Shown: positions 18,763 through 29,208, counted from the stretch's first letter. The stretch: 64,000 nt of DNA from an uncultured delta proteobacterium (GCA_963794325.1 CAWCDG010000003.1:392792-456791); one strand, 5' to 3'. Translations and numbers: made by a program. Notes: a model not told the origin generated them from the letters alone.

Positions 18763-20586
18763 ATGAAGAATCCGTTTAGTGATCGATTGTGGATAAGTCG
18801 CGAGGTCCGCCTCGCCATCATTGTCGCGATTTTGTGTGCCGTCGGCGCGGTTGCATGCACGTCGCGCCATTGGACAATCGGAATCACAGTCCTTGGAATC
18901 GCCGCTGCGATGGTAGCGGCCTTCTATTTTGCGGTCGTCAAACCGGCGCGAATTCCGAGTGACAGTGTCCTGATGGTTCGCCTCGCAGGCACGATCGAAG
19001 AAGACGTGAAAAACTCGCCCCTCGATCAGCTCATGCGTCGCGGCGGAATCAGCCTCGACCATCTCCGCTATGCGTTCGAGTCGGCGGCTATCGACAACGA
19101 TGTTCGAGCGATCGTCGTCGAGATCGCCAGCTTCGGCGCCGGTCTGGCCACCGCGCACGAAATCCATCGCCTGATGCGCGCCGCTCAACAGGGCGGCAAG
19201 CGTGTGATCGCGCTGCTTCGCGGTGATGACGCAGGATTGCGCGAATACCTGGTCGCGGCCGGAGCCGGTGAAATAGTTGCCAATCCGGACACGATGCTCA
19301 CGATGCTCGGGGTCGCGACCGGCGGTGTGTTCCTCAAGAACGCGCTCGACAAGCTGAAAATCCAGGCGCAAACCCTGCAATGGAAGGAATACAAGGGCGC
19401 CGCCGAGATGCTCGGCCGCGACACGATGTCGCCGGCGGTGCGCGAGAGCATGGAGGCGATCGTCGCGGACTGGCAGAAAATCCTGGTCGAGGCGATCGCA
19501 TCGGCTCGCCAACTGTCTCCTGACAAAGTGCGCGACCTGCTCTCGGCGGGCTTCGTCAGCACAAAATTCGCGGTGGAGAATAAGCTGATCGATCGCGAAG
19601 GCTATATTGAAGACATCCGCTCCGAGTTCGATCCCGAGGCCAAGCACAAAGTATTCGTCAACCTGGCACGATACCGCCGTCACGCGATCTTCACCCGCGA
19701 GCGCGGGCCGCGCCCGCGAATCGCGCTGGTGCACGCCAGCGGCCCGGTGATTTCGGGCGAAGCGCCCGCAACCGGCGAATATATAAGCGGCGTCGCAACC
19801 GCCGCGCAGCTCGATCGCGCGTCGCGCGACGAGCGCGTCAAAGCAATCGTGTTTCGCGTGAATTCACCGGGCGGCTCCGCAGTCGGCTCCGACCTGGTCT
19901 GGCGCGCCGTGCGCGAGGCGCAGGGCCGCGGTAAGCCGGTCGTCGTCTCGATGGGCGACGTCGCGGGCTCGGGAGGCTACTACGTCGCAGCGGGCGCCGA
20001 CGCGATCGTCGCAGAGGCGGCGACGATCACGGGCTCGATCGGCGTCGTCTACGCGAAGTTCAATCTCGGCAGTCTGCTCACAGAGCTGGGCGTCCATTTC
20101 GATTTCGTCAAAAGCGCGCCGATCAGCGACGCGATGTCGATGGCGCGCGCGATGACCGACGCCGAACTCGCACAGCTCAACGAAACCGTCGGCCATCTGT
20201 ATTCGGCGTTCACTGCGAAGGTCGCGGAAGGCCGTCACCTCACCCCCGAGCAGGCGGAAGCCGTCGCGAAGGGACGCATTTGGAGCGGTCTCGCAGCCAA
20301 GGAGCGCGGACTGATCGACGAAGTCGGCGGCCTCTCAACCGCAGTGGCAATCGCGCGAGACCGAGCGCATATCGCCGCGGATAAGCGCCATCAACTGGTG
20401 ACCTACCGCGGTGAGCGCCGATGGCTGGATTTTCGCGGCAGCAGCGCCGACGCGGAATTATCAACGTCGTGGACAATCCGCGCAGCCGCCAGCACTCTTG
20501 GCATCCCAACCCGCTGGGCGCCCGCGATGCTCGAGCTGCTAATCCGCGGCGGCGTGATGCTCCTGTGCCCGTTCATCGAGCTGTAG
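18763..20586 (+). CDS. sppA: Signal peptide peptidase SppA (long form)
   Basis: YKGAAE, RVNSPGGS, SMGDVAGSGGYY, TGSIGV. Confidence 0.92.
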   Translation: MKNPFSDRLWISREVRLAIIVAILCAVGAVACTSRHWTIGITVLGIAAAMVAAFYFAVVKPARIPSDSVLMVRLAGTIEEDVKNSPLDQLMRRGGISLDHLRYAFESAAIDNDVRAIVVEIASFGAGLATAHEIHRLMRAAQQGGKRVIALLRGDDAGLREYLVAAGAGEIVANPDTMLTMLGVATGGVFLKNALDKLKIQAQTLQWKEYKGAAEMLGRDTMSPAVRESMEAIVADWQKILVEAIASARQLSPDKVRDLLSAGFVSTKFAVENKLIDREGYIEDIRSEFDPEAKHKVFVNLARYRRHAIFTRERGPRPRIALVHASGPVISGEAPATGEYISGVATAAQLDRASRDERVKAIVFRVNSPGGSAVGSDLVWRAVREAQGRGKPVVVSMGDVAGSGGYYVAAGADAIVAEAATITGSIGVVYAKFNLGSLLTELGVHFDFVKSAPISDAMSMARAMTDAELAQLNETVGHLYSAFTAKVAEGRHLTPEQAEAVAKGRIWSGLAAKERGLIDEVGGLSTAVAIARDRAHIAADKRHQLVTYRGERRWLDFRGSSADAELSTSWTIRAAASTLGIPTRWAPAMLELLIRGGVMLLCPFIEL

Positions 20587-20594
20587 CGCCTTCG

Positions 20595-21518
20595 CTACAG
20601 CGGGGAGCGTTGGAGTTCTTCGCGGATCGAGTACATCTTCTGCCGCGCTTCGCTGATGTACGCGTCGAGGTTGCGGCGATGGTTCGCGAACAGGCCGTCG
20701 GGCGATCCGTTCATCACGATTAGCGGCTTCATCACCGCCGCTTTGCCCAGCGCGTCGATCGAATCGTCGAACAAGGTCTTCAGCACCGGGTCGTCCTTGA
20801 TCTGTCCCGCGTACTCGCGCTCGAGCGCCTCCATCATGTGATACATCACGTACGCGTAGCCCTGCGAATGATAAAAGTAGTGATCGCAGTCCCAGCTATG
20901 GACCGGGCTGCCGTCGTCCTTGGTCGAACGGTAGAGGTTCGCATGCGCGTCGCCGAGCAGGTCGGTCCACGTCTGGATCAGCCGAATCAGCTCGACCGCG
21001 CGCGTATTCAGCTCGCGCGAGTCCGGCGGCGTCGTGTGCAAGCCCGCGACGTATGCGCGCAGATGCCGGACGCCGTCGTCGTATTTGCTTTCGGCCGACG
21101 GCAGGATCCATTTCTCGGCGTCGTTGCGGAAATCAGTGTCGGCAACCACCAGGTTTGGATCGTACTGATTCGACGAAACCTTGGTCAGGTGATCCTTGAA
21201 GATGCGCGTCGTCTCGCGCACCGCCATGATGATGCCGAGCTGGCGATCGGAGTTATTGTCCGCCGTGACCTTTGGCCCCCACAGGAAGAAGTCGTTCGGC
21301 CGCCATCCGAATCCGGTGTGCAGCTCATGGTCCATGATCGCCGCGAGCGTCGACGCATAGATCTCGCCGGGGACAATCGGCTTGTCAGGCGGAAAAGTCG
21401 CGTTGATGTCGTAGCCGAGTTGATCGTGATGCTTCTGCCCGAAATGAAGCGCGAGGTTTCCGCCAATCCAGATCAGAAGGAGGGCCGCAGCCCCATACAG
21501 GAGTCGGTTCCGGTTCAT
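20595..21518 (-). CDS. DUF2333-like protein
   Basis: N-terminal TM segment, GWRPND, DN-x3-RQLG, WILPSAESKY, PLIVMNGS. Confidence 0.65.
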   Translation of the reverse strand: MNRNRLLYGAAALLLIWIGGNLALHFGQKHHDQLGYDINATFPPDKPIVPGEIYASTLAAIMDHELHTGFGWRPNDFFLWGPKVTADNNSDRQLGIIMAVRETTRIFKDHLTKVSSNQYDPNLVVADTDFRNDAEKWILPSAESKYDDGVRHLRAYVAGLHTTPPDSRELNTRAVELIRLIQTWTDLLGDAHANLYRSTKDDGSPVHSWDCDHYFYHSQGYAYVMYHMMEALEREYAGQIKDDPVLKTLFDDSIDALGKAAVMKPLIVMNGSPDGLFANHRRNLDAYISEARQKMYSIREELQRSPL

Positions 21519-21544
21519 CGCCGGACGGAACTATAACACGATCC

Positions 21545-22339
21545 CTACGACACCGCGCGCAGTGGAACTACTGCGGCGCTCGCGCTCTTGAGCTCGTCGC
21601 GGCTGGTGCCCAACTGCTTGATCAATGGAAACACGGCGCGGGTCAGGAATACTCTAGGACTGATTCCGCCGCCGCCGATTCGAAGGTTCTCGTGATACTT
21701 CGGAATCAGGCCGTCGCCGGGCATCTTGAACTTCGCGATCACATGCGCGAGATCCGACAAGGTGCCGACGCGGTCTTCTGCCATCTCGATTTCGACCATC
21801 GAGCGGTAGAAGCCGGCGTGCGCGGCCTCGTCACGGCTCACGAGAAAAAAGATCGCTTCGAGCGTCGGGTCGTGCTCGGCTTCGGCGCGATCCTTTTGCG
21901 CGCGATACGCCAGATACGTCGCCGATTCCTGCAGCGCCCCGTAACAGCTCATCTGGCGGCGCGTCGCGAACGGCGCATCCCACTTCCGCGAGAACACGTC
22001 CGCCTCCAGCTTGTCGAATTGCGCCTGCGTGCGCAGCCCGGAACGAATCAGGTACTCGCGAAACACCAGCCCGTGACGCGATTCCTCGTAGCTCCACGCG
22101 TTCTGAAACCACGCGAGTCCGAACACCCCGCGCAACAACTCGTTGCCCGCTTGCGTGTAATCGGGCAGGAACATTTCCTCGGCGCAGTAGGTCTCGATAC
22201 GAATCGCGCGCTCTTCGGAGTTCATCTCGGGAGCTAGCTGGTCCCACGGCACATCGTCGAAAAGATTCCAGCGGCGCTTGCGCTCCGCAGTCTCGAAGAA
22301 TTCCATGTATGCGCGGTAGAACTTTTCTTTCGCAGTCAT
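21545..22339 (-). CDS. Acyl-ACP desaturase-like ferritin-fold diiron protein
   Basis: WSYEESRHG, LQE, RDEAAH, FKMPG motifs. Confidence 0.8.
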   Translation of the reverse strand: MTAKEKFYRAYMEFFETAERKRRWNLFDDVPWDQLAPEMNSEERAIRIETYCAEEMFLPDYTQAGNELLRGVFGLAWFQNAWSYEESRHGLVFREYLIRSGLRTQAQFDKLEADVFSRKWDAPFATRRQMSCYGALQESATYLAYRAQKDRAEAEHDPTLEAIFFLVSRDEAAHAGFYRSMVEIEMAEDRVGTLSDLAHVIAKFKMPGDGLIPKYHENLRIGGGGISPRVFLTRAVFPLIKQLGTSRDELKSASAAVVPLRAVS

Positions 22340-22453
22340 CTAGCGGGGATTCAGACTCGATCGCGGACGAGGCTATGCGATCACGCTAGCACGCGGTCAA
22401 TTAACAACCTAACTAGGATTGTGCCTTTTGGGACAAATGTCTGAAAAATCGGA

Positions 22454-23728
22454 TCAGAAAATACTTAATAAACGTTTAGTTAACGAGGCGCTCTTCGCCA
22501 CGTCCGAGGGTGCCAGCAGCGCGATCGACGCGATTGGCTTGCCGCCCTCGGTCACATTCGCGGTTCCGATCTGCTGTCCCGCTTTGAGCGGCGCTGCGAT
22601 CGACGGCGGCAGATTGTAATCGACTTTGATCGCATTCTTCGCGTCGCCGCGCTTCAAGAACACCCCTGCATCGTCACCCCAGACCGGCTTGATACTAGCC
22701 GTGTCGGCGTTGCTTATCGCGACGGTTTGCCCGATCGGGGCGCCTTTCTTGGCGATCGGATGCATCTCGTAATTCAGAAATCCTTGCGACAACATCTCGG
22801 ACGCTTCCTTGAAATTCGTCAGCTTGTGCTGACTGCCGAGCACCACCGCGATCAGCCTCAGGCCATTGCGTTTTGCAGTGGCGACCACGTTGAACCCTGC
22901 CTTGTCGTAGAACCCGGTCTTGAGCCCGTCGCATCCGGGATAGGTCCGCACCATGTGATTCGTATTGCGCAGGATGAAGGTCCCGGCGCGAAACGGCGCC
23001 GTGTCGATCGACGACCATCGCACGATGTCCGGATATTTGATCAGCTCGCGCGCGAGAATCGCCTGATCGAATGCGCTCGCGACGTCGGCCTGCTCGCCCT
23101 TCGACGGCGGCAGTCCGTTAACCGAGAAGTAGTGCGAGTCCTTCATCCCGATCGCCGCGGCCTGCTGATTCATCATCACGACGAACGATTCCGTCGATCC
23201 CGCGATATACTCCGCGACCGCCACCGACGCGTCGTTGGCCGAATGCACCACGACCGCCTTCATCATGTCGTCGAGCGAGAACGTCTCGCCTTCCTTCAGA
23301 TAGACTTGCGATCCGCCCATCTCGGCCGCCTTGCGCGAGGTGGTGATGTTGTCGGTCAGCTTCAGCGATCCGTCGTGAATTTTCTCGGCGACGATCAGCA
23401 TCAGCATCATCTTGGCCAGCGAAGCGGTCGGCCACGGCGCATGATCGTTGGATTCGAAGATGACGGTGCCGGTGGTCGGTTCGATCACGCACGCCTCGGA
23501 GTATGCGCCGAGTGCTGTGCTCGACGTGCTGGCCCCGCTTTCCTCATCAGGCGCCTCAGCTTTGGCAGCAGCAGCATGATGCCGCCGGGCAGCAAGAGCG
23601 GCGTGCGCTGACGTCAACGCGACAAGCGCGATGATCAGCGCGACAAATCCAAATTTTCGACTGGTGACAGCAGTGGCGCGGGCCGCCGTGCCCGCAGCCG
23701 ATTCGCCGCATCGCGAGAGAACCTTCAT
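22454..23728 (-). CDS. dacA: D-alanyl-D-alanine carboxypeptidase (PBP5/6)
   Basis: ASLAK (SxxK), SAND, GLKTG; start uncertain. Confidence 0.9.
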   Translation of the reverse strand: MKVLSRCGESAAGTAARATAVTSRKFGFVALIIALVALTSAHAALAARRHHAAAAKAEAPDEESGASTSSTALGAYSEACVIEPTTGTVIFESNDHAPWPTASLAKMMLMLIVAEKIHDGSLKLTDNITTSRKAAEMGGSQVYLKEGETFSLDDMMKAVVVHSANDASVAVAEYIAGSTESFVVMMNQQAAAIGMKDSHYFSVNGLPPSKGEQADVASAFDQAILARELIKYPDIVRWSSIDTAPFRAGTFILRNTNHMVRTYPGCDGLKTGFYDKAGFNVVATAKRNGLRLIAVVLGSQHKLTNFKEASEMLSQGFLNYEMHPIAKKGAPIGQTVAISNADTASIKPVWGDDAGVFLKRGDAKNAIKVDYNLPPSIAAPLKAGQQIGTANVTEGGKPIASIALLAPSDVAKSASLTKRLLSIF

Positions 23729-23821
23729 CACGTACCACCTCCGCAACACATCAATGCAACGGAAGCATACTAGCCAACAACTCGCATCGCAGCGAGCGTC
23801 GACGCGCGAAACCGTCCCTTT

Positions 23822-23929
23822 TGGTTCCCCTTCCCGCGCGCTGAAGAGGTTACTCTCAACAATCCGGTTCCCCTTCCCGCTCGGGAAGGGGTTAGGGGTT
23901 AGAGCCTGCCCTGAGCGTAGCCGAAGGGT
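23822..23929. repeat. Palindromic repeat cluster, family A (CCCCTTCCCGCTCGGGAAGGGGTTAGGGGTTAG) plus family D (GCCCTGAGCGTAGCCGAAGGG)
   Basis: Direct comparison with other copies in the window. Confidence 0.85.
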
Positions 23930-23947
23930 TCCTGCTCGCTAAATCGA

Positions 23948-25015
23948 CTAAAAACGATCCGCTGTCCAGAACACCGATCGCGAGTCAGCGAAAATCTCAA
24001 ACGCGCGGGCCGAAGCCGCTTCAGGAGCCATCGCAAACCGTCGCGCCAGTTTCTCGGGCGCGAGAACTCGCCACATGTAATTGTTGTCGACGTGATGCGC
24101 CACGGGACATCCCGCGTCGCCCAGCGCCTTTTCGAGCGCGGGATCGTGCGCGGTATGCGTAACGATCACCGAAGGCTCGTCTGGCTTCGACGCGCTGTGG
24201 AGCAGACTGGCGCGCCGATGATCCCCGACCCGCCGACCGGTGACCGGTACTCCAGCCGCAGACTGGCCGAGGTACTTGAACGTCGCGAGCATCGCATCGG
24301 CACCGCCGGGCAGATATCCGAACTCCATCACCATCGAGACGCCATGAAACCGCGTGACCCGCGCGTACGCCGCGATTCGTGCGCCGTCGCGGCACACGAC
24401 GAAATATTCCTCCGAACCTTCGCCAGGATGGAGCGGCTGATTGCCGGCAAATTTAAGATTCGCGCGCCAGGCCGAGTCGTCGCGAACCGCAGTCACATTG
24501 AAGCGACCGCTATACTCGCGATGAATCGCGGCAATCTCCCCAAGGTCGCGCTCAATTTCGAACGAATCGATAACGAAACGATCGGGCGCGTTAAGTCCGG
24601 CAGCAGCCGCCAGGATGCTGAATTTCCGCTCGACCTCGCGCCATCCGAACTGGTTGTAGAAGGTGAGCCGCTCCGCGAACAGCAGCGATACTTCGAAGCC
24701 CTCGCGAATCATCGTGTCCACCGCGAGCCGCATCAGGTCTGACGCAACGCCCTTGTGCCGATACGTTTTGAGCGTGAACACCGATCCGATTCCACCCATC
24801 GGCACCGATTGCCCCTCGAGATTCACCACGCGATCGAATATCTGAACCGTCGAGACCAGCCGCCCGCCGTCGCGCGCAACGAGGCAGAGCGCATCGCGGA
24901 AGTTGGGGTCGTTATGGTTGTATCGTGCGAAAAACTCGCCGCCGTCATTGTACCAATGCCCCAGCAAGTCGAGCACTTCATCCCGCTCGCTACGATGCGC
25001 CGATCGAACTTTCAT
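23948..25015 (-). CDS. GNAT acetyltransferase (Eis-like N-terminus)
   Basis: MGGIGSVFTLKTYRHKGVA, FYNQFGW. Confidence 0.82.
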   Translation of the reverse strand: MKVRSAHRSERDEVLDLLGHWYNDGGEFFARYNHNDPNFRDALCLVARDGGRLVSTVQIFDRVVNLEGQSVPMGGIGSVFTLKTYRHKGVASDLMRLAVDTMIREGFEVSLLFAERLTFYNQFGWREVERKFSILAAAAGLNAPDRFVIDSFEIERDLGEIAAIHREYSGRFNVTAVRDDSAWRANLKFAGNQPLHPGEGSEEYFVVCRDGARIAAYARVTRFHGVSMVMEFGYLPGGADAMLATFKYLGQSAAGVPVTGRRVGDHRRASLLHSASKPDEPSVIVTHTAHDPALEKALGDAGCPVAHHVDNNYMWRVLAPEKLARRFAMAPEAASARAFEIFADSRSVFWTADRF

Positions 25016-25083
25016 AATTTGGATTTCTAACTCACTTCGATGGCCGTCGCAAAATCGCGTGCGATAACGGAGCGCGGCCTTAA

Positions 25084-25108
25084 TACTGGGTGCAGGGGTC
25101 ACCCCTGC
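25084..25108. repeat. Palindromic repeat family B (TACTGGGTGCAGGGGTCACCCCTGC)
   Basis: Copies at ~32282, ~54473 and inverted at ~61860. Confidence 0.8.
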
Positions 25109-26109
25109 TATCGCAAATCGAGATGCACCGACGTAGGCGTGCCGCCGCGATTTACTGTGAGGTCGATCGCTGACGCCGTCTTCACTGCTTGAATCAACCC
25201 CATCGCCTGCATCGGGTTGGTGACGGGTTGTCCCTGGATCGAGGTCAGCAGATCGCCGTTTTGCAGGCCGAGTTGCTGAAAGACCGATCCCGGCGCGACT
25301 TGCGAGATCGAGAAACCGTCAGTCTTGCCGTTGACGAAATGCGGCATCGCGCGCATCTGCGAGAAGAACTGCGCAGGATTTTCCATCGTCTGCTGAACTT
25401 CGGCGCGGCTGACTGCGAACTTTCCGGGACCGAGCTTCTTCAGCTGAATATTGTTGCTGCTGTCGTCACTGTTATCGTTGCTGTCGTCGTTGTCGTTGTT
25501 GTCCTCTGTGCCGGGACCGGGACGACCGAGCCTCTGCAGCTTGCGCCGCATCGCAGCGGGGAGACCTCTGAGCATCGGCCCCCGAATCCCGCCCATCCCG
25601 TTGCCCATCGCGTTGCCCAACCGCGACGGCGGCGCTTCGGGAATGTCCGAAGTCGGAATCGCGATCGCGACCCGATGCCCGCTGCTGCGTTCGATGATCG
25701 CGCGGTTGGTCTCGACGCTCACCAGCTTCCCTCCGTTGGGGATGTCCTCTCCCACCTGGTAGAGCGATTCGTTGCCGGTTGGATCTTCGATGATCGCGTA
25801 CGGCTTCGACCTGCTGGCCAGCGAGGTGCCGATCAGCTTCAGGTTCAGATCCTCTTCAACCACCGGCGCGGGTCCGCTTTCCTGCGGCGTCTCGTTGAAG
25901 ATGTCGCGCTTGACGATTAAGTCGTAGTACGCGCGCGTCCGCATCCCGGTCACCGGATTGCGCGCCGCCACCGATGCTGGCGCGTCGGATTCATTTGAAA
26001 CTCTGCGCTCTATAATATCGCGCACGCACATCGCCGAGACGATCGCCAGCCCCGCGATCAAAACGAAATTCAGGATCGTGACGTGAATTTGTGAAAACCT
26101 GAGTTGCAT
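25108..26109 (-). CDS. gspC: Type II secretion system protein C with PDZ domain
   Basis: N-terminal TM, RDIF, LKLIGT...YAIIED HR domain, C-terminal PDZ (LGLQNGDLLTSIQG). Confidence 0.85.
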   Translation of the reverse strand: MQLRFSQIHVTILNFVLIAGLAIVSAMCVRDIIERRVSNESDAPASVAARNPVTGMRTRAYYDLIVKRDIFNETPQESGPAPVVEEDLNLKLIGTSLASRSKPYAIIEDPTGNESLYQVGEDIPNGGKLVSVETNRAIIERSSGHRVAIAIPTSDIPEAPPSRLGNAMGNGMGGIRGPMLRGLPAAMRRKLQRLGRPGPGTEDNNDNDDSNDNSDDSSNNIQLKKLGPGKFAVSRAEVQQTMENPAQFFSQMRAMPHFVNGKTDGFSISQVAPGSVFQQLGLQNGDLLTSIQGQPVTNPMQAMGLIQAVKTASAIDLTVNRGGTPTSVHLDLR

Positions 26110-27474
26110 TTACAGGATCGGCTCAGCCCCGTATGCGCATCCTTTGACTAGACGGTTCACGTCGTAGTTCCATTCACCCTTCCACCGGCTGATCACGAAG
26201 CTCGCCTGACTGTGACCGCTGCGCACCAGGTCCATCAGGCGCAGCAGGTAGATGCTCTCATCCTGGCCGCTTTTGTTCAACGCCCGCTGGCGCTCGAGTC
26301 CCCGGGCCGCTATCTGCATCAGCTCATAGCCGAGTTCCTGCAGTTTAATTTTTCCCGCGCGGGCGTCAAGCCCGTGCTTATGCGCGCCGTCGGTGATTTC
26401 CAGCCGTTCGCGATTGCTCCATCGTTTGACCAGGTCCCACGCGCCCACGAGGCAATCGTCGTCGTACAGAATCCCCTTGAGCAGCGCGGGCAGCGCGAGC
26501 ATGAACTGCGGCGGCTGGCTGTCGGCGGTCCGCACCTCGACGTATTTCTTCAGCCGCACTTCGGTAAAAATCGTGGTCAGGTGATTGGTCCAGTCTTCCA
26601 CGGTTGCGCGCTCGCGTCCGTATCCGCGTTCGAGATACTGGCGGAACGTCAGGCCGGGCGGCTGCGTGAGATCGATATACTCATGGTTGCGAATCAGGAA
26701 ATACATCGGCACGTCGAGCGCGAACTCGGCGTAATCCTCGAACGAACAATCGGGCCGAAAGATAAACTCCGGAACCCCGCTGCGTTCGTTGTCGGTGTCG
26801 GTCCAGATATGCCCGCGAAAGCTGTGATACCCATTCAGCCCGCCGTCGCTCAGCGGTGAGTTCGCGAAGATCGCATACAGCAGCGGCACGATCCCCATGC
26901 TGACCCGCAGCTTGCGCATCGCATCCGCCTCGTCGCTGTAATCGAGATTGGCCTGCACCCCCGCGGTCTGCTTCATCATGCGCTGGCCGAGCGTCCCCTT
27001 GCGCGCCATGTACGGGTACATGATGTGGTAGCGGGCCTTCGGCAGCAGCTCGATCTGATCGATACGGCTGATCGGTTGCATCGCGAGGCCCAGCACGGTC
27101 GCGCCAATCTTGCTGGTCACCTCGACCAGTTGTTGCGCATGCCGCGCGAACTCGTCGTACGCGCAGTGGATACTGTCGCACTGCTCGCCGGACAACTCGA
27201 TCTGACCGCCCGGCTCGAGCGTGATCGCATCGCGCGCGCCCTTCAGCGCGAGAATATGCCCATGCTCGTCCTCAGGCTCTAAGCCGTAGTCGCTGACCAT
27301 CCGGCGCAGCAACTCCTCGACGCCCGCGGCGCCTGAGTAGGGGATAGCGGTACCGTCGGAAGTGCGGACGACGACCTTTTCGTACTCGGACCCAACCCGC
27401 CATTGCGCGCGCGGCTTCCCCCCTTCGACGAAGTACCGAATCAGGTCGTCCTTCTTTTCAAGCAACTCACTCAT
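26110..27474 (-). CDS. gshA: Glutamate--cysteine ligase (plant/alphaproteobacterial type)
   Basis: GSEYEK, TLEPGGQIELSG, QANLD, FANSP, HLTTIFTEVRLK, EVRTAD. Confidence 0.92.
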   Translation of the reverse strand: MSELLEKKDDLIRYFVEGGKPRAQWRVGSEYEKVVVRTSDGTAIPYSGAAGVEELLRRMVSDYGLEPEDEHGHILALKGARDAITLEPGGQIELSGEQCDSIHCAYDEFARHAQQLVEVTSKIGATVLGLAMQPISRIDQIELLPKARYHIMYPYMARKGTLGQRMMKQTAGVQANLDYSDEADAMRKLRVSMGIVPLLYAIFANSPLSDGGLNGYHSFRGHIWTDTDNERSGVPEFIFRPDCSFEDYAEFALDVPMYFLIRNHEYIDLTQPPGLTFRQYLERGYGRERATVEDWTNHLTTIFTEVRLKKYVEVRTADSQPPQFMLALPALLKGILYDDDCLVGAWDLVKRWSNRERLEITDGAHKHGLDARAGKIKLQELGYELMQIAARGLERQRALNKSGQDESIYLLRLMDLVRSGHSQASFVISRWKGEWNYDVNRLVKGCAYGAEPIL

Positions 27475-27504
27475 GCATCAAATCCAATCGCGCCTCCCCA
27501 GAAT

Positions 27505-27672
27505 CCGATCCCCCTTCCTAATCGCGAAGCGGTTACCTCCCCATTCCGGTCCCCTTCCCGCGAGGCCCGAAAAAGGGGGTTAGGGGTTAGGTTGCCGGCA
27601 CCATTCACGACGCTCATTCCCCTCACAATCCGGTCCCCCTTCCCGCTCGGGAAGGGGTTAGGGGTTAGGTTG
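27505..27672. repeat. Family A repeat cluster (two full copies, one degenerate)
   Basis: CCGGTCCCCTTCCCGC...GGGGTTAGGGGTTAGGTTGCCG occurs twice. Confidence 0.85.
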
Positions 27673-27900
27673 CCGATCATCATCAACCGTCCCTGCACAG
27701 CGCGCGATTTCCCTCGCCGCGCGATTCAAAAGAAGGTGCGACAAGCGCGCTTATAATGTACTCAGCCAACATACGAGGCAAGCAAATTACCAGGCGCGTC
27801 CCGCCGGGGCCTCCTCAATTATACACTGCCCTTTTACCAATCTGCCTCCCACATTCGGAACCACCGACAAAATTCCATATAGTGATCCGTCGAGCACTCA

Positions 27901-29208
27901 ATGGAACTCGAACCACTCTCCGCGCGCAACGAAAACGAAAACGCGATCGCTCCCGAACCGCCGCCCGGCAGCGGTTCCACGATGCAATGGGAGGTCCTCG
28001 CATACTTCGCGATTCTCAACATCGCCGTCGGCCTCGGCTCTCCACTCGGCATCGCCGCCATCCCGATTAACTATTTCCTGAAAGATCGCCTTCACCTGAC
28101 GCCGGTGCAGATGGCGCTGTTCCTCGCCTTTGCCTCGATTCCCGTCAGCGCCGGATTCGTCTTCGGATTCATCCGCGATCGATGGCGCAGCGAAAACTGG
28201 GGCGATCGCCAATACCTGTTCGCATGCGGACTAATCGCCGCCGGCGGGTACCTGTGGCTGGCCGCCACCACTATTGATTATCTCAAGCTGCTGGCGCTCG
28301 TGTTCGTAGTCGTCATCGCGTTTGTGATGATCTTCTCGTCGGCCCAGGCTCTGATGACGGGAGTGGCGCAGGCGTACGGGATGACCGGGCGGCTGAGCGT
28401 CGTGTTCAGCTTCGGCTATTTCACCCCCGCGGTGATTTCGGCGCTGGCCGGCGGATGGCTGGTCGCGCACGCGTCCGTCAGCGGAACCTTTCTAATCGCG
28501 GGCGTCGTGACGATCGTGATCGCGATGCAGGCCTTCTGGCGGCTGAAAGCTGCGAGCGATTTCGAAAGCGATCTCGGCCCGCGCGAAAAAGGCTTCGCCG
28601 CCGTGATGCGCCTGATTCGTCATCGGCCATTATGGCCGGCCGCCGCAATCTACTTCCTGTGGAACTTCGGCCCCGGATGGGGCACCCCGATGTTCTATCA
28701 CCTGACCGAGCACGTCGGGATTTCGAGCGAACTGTTCGGCACCTTCACCGCGCTGCAGTCGTTGTTCTTCCTGCCGACCAGCCTGCTGTACGGCTACCTG
28801 TGCACGCGCGTGCCGCTCTCGCGCCTGCTCTGGTGGGGCACGATCGTCGCGATCCTCCAGGGCCCAATAATGTGGCTCGCGCTGGGACCGATAAGCACAA
28901 TAGTCGTCGCAATCCTCTACGGCCTGTTCGGCGGCTTCGCCACCGCCGCCTACATCGACCTGATCATGCGTTCGTGTCCCAAGGGCCTGGAAGGAACCGC
29001 AATGATGATGGCGAACACCTCGATGTTCGCGCTCGCCGGCAGTTCCGGCAACTTACTGGGCAGTTGGATCTATTCCAAAGGCGGCTTCGCCTCAGCCGTA
29101 ATAATCACAACCCTGGCCACCGCAGTAATAGTCCCCTTGCTGCGAGCAGTCCCGCCGCACCTAACCTCAACCCGCGACGGCGAACTGATCGATCCCACCA
29201 CCACGTGA
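27901..29208 (+). CDS. MFS transporter (BT1/folate-biopterin-like)
   Basis: About 12 hydrophobic segments, RSCPKGLEGT. Confidence 0.8.
   Translation: MELEPLSARNENENAIAPEPPPGSGSTMQWEVLAYFAILNIAVGLGSPLGIAAIPINYFLKDRLHLTPVQMALFLAFASIPVSAGFVFGFIRDRWRSENWGDRQYLFACGLIAAGGYLWLAATTIDYLKLLALVFVVVIAFVMIFSSAQALMTGVAQAYGMTGRLSVVFSFGYFTPAVISALAGGWLVAHASVSGTFLIAGVVTIVIAMQAFWRLKAASDFESDLGPREKGFAAVMRLIRHRPLWPAAAIYFLWNFGPGWGTPMFYHLTEHVGISSELFGTFTALQSLFFLPTSLLYGYLCTRVPLSRLLWWGTIVAILQGPIMWLALGPISTIVVAILYGLFGGFATAAYIDLIMRSCPKGLEGTAMMMANTSMFALAGSSGNLLGSWIYSKGGFASAVIITTLATAVIVPLLRAVPPHLTSTRDGELIDPTTT

Noticed and set aside
25440-25505. GTT/GTC-rich short tandem sequence
   Set aside because: Encodes the Asn/Asp linker of GspC; ordinary low-complexity coding DNA.
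27403-27756. Short ORFs containing FPLGKGLGVR or LTPNPFP peptides (also near 23631, 54196, 62505)
   Set aside because: These are translations of family A repeats, not proteins.
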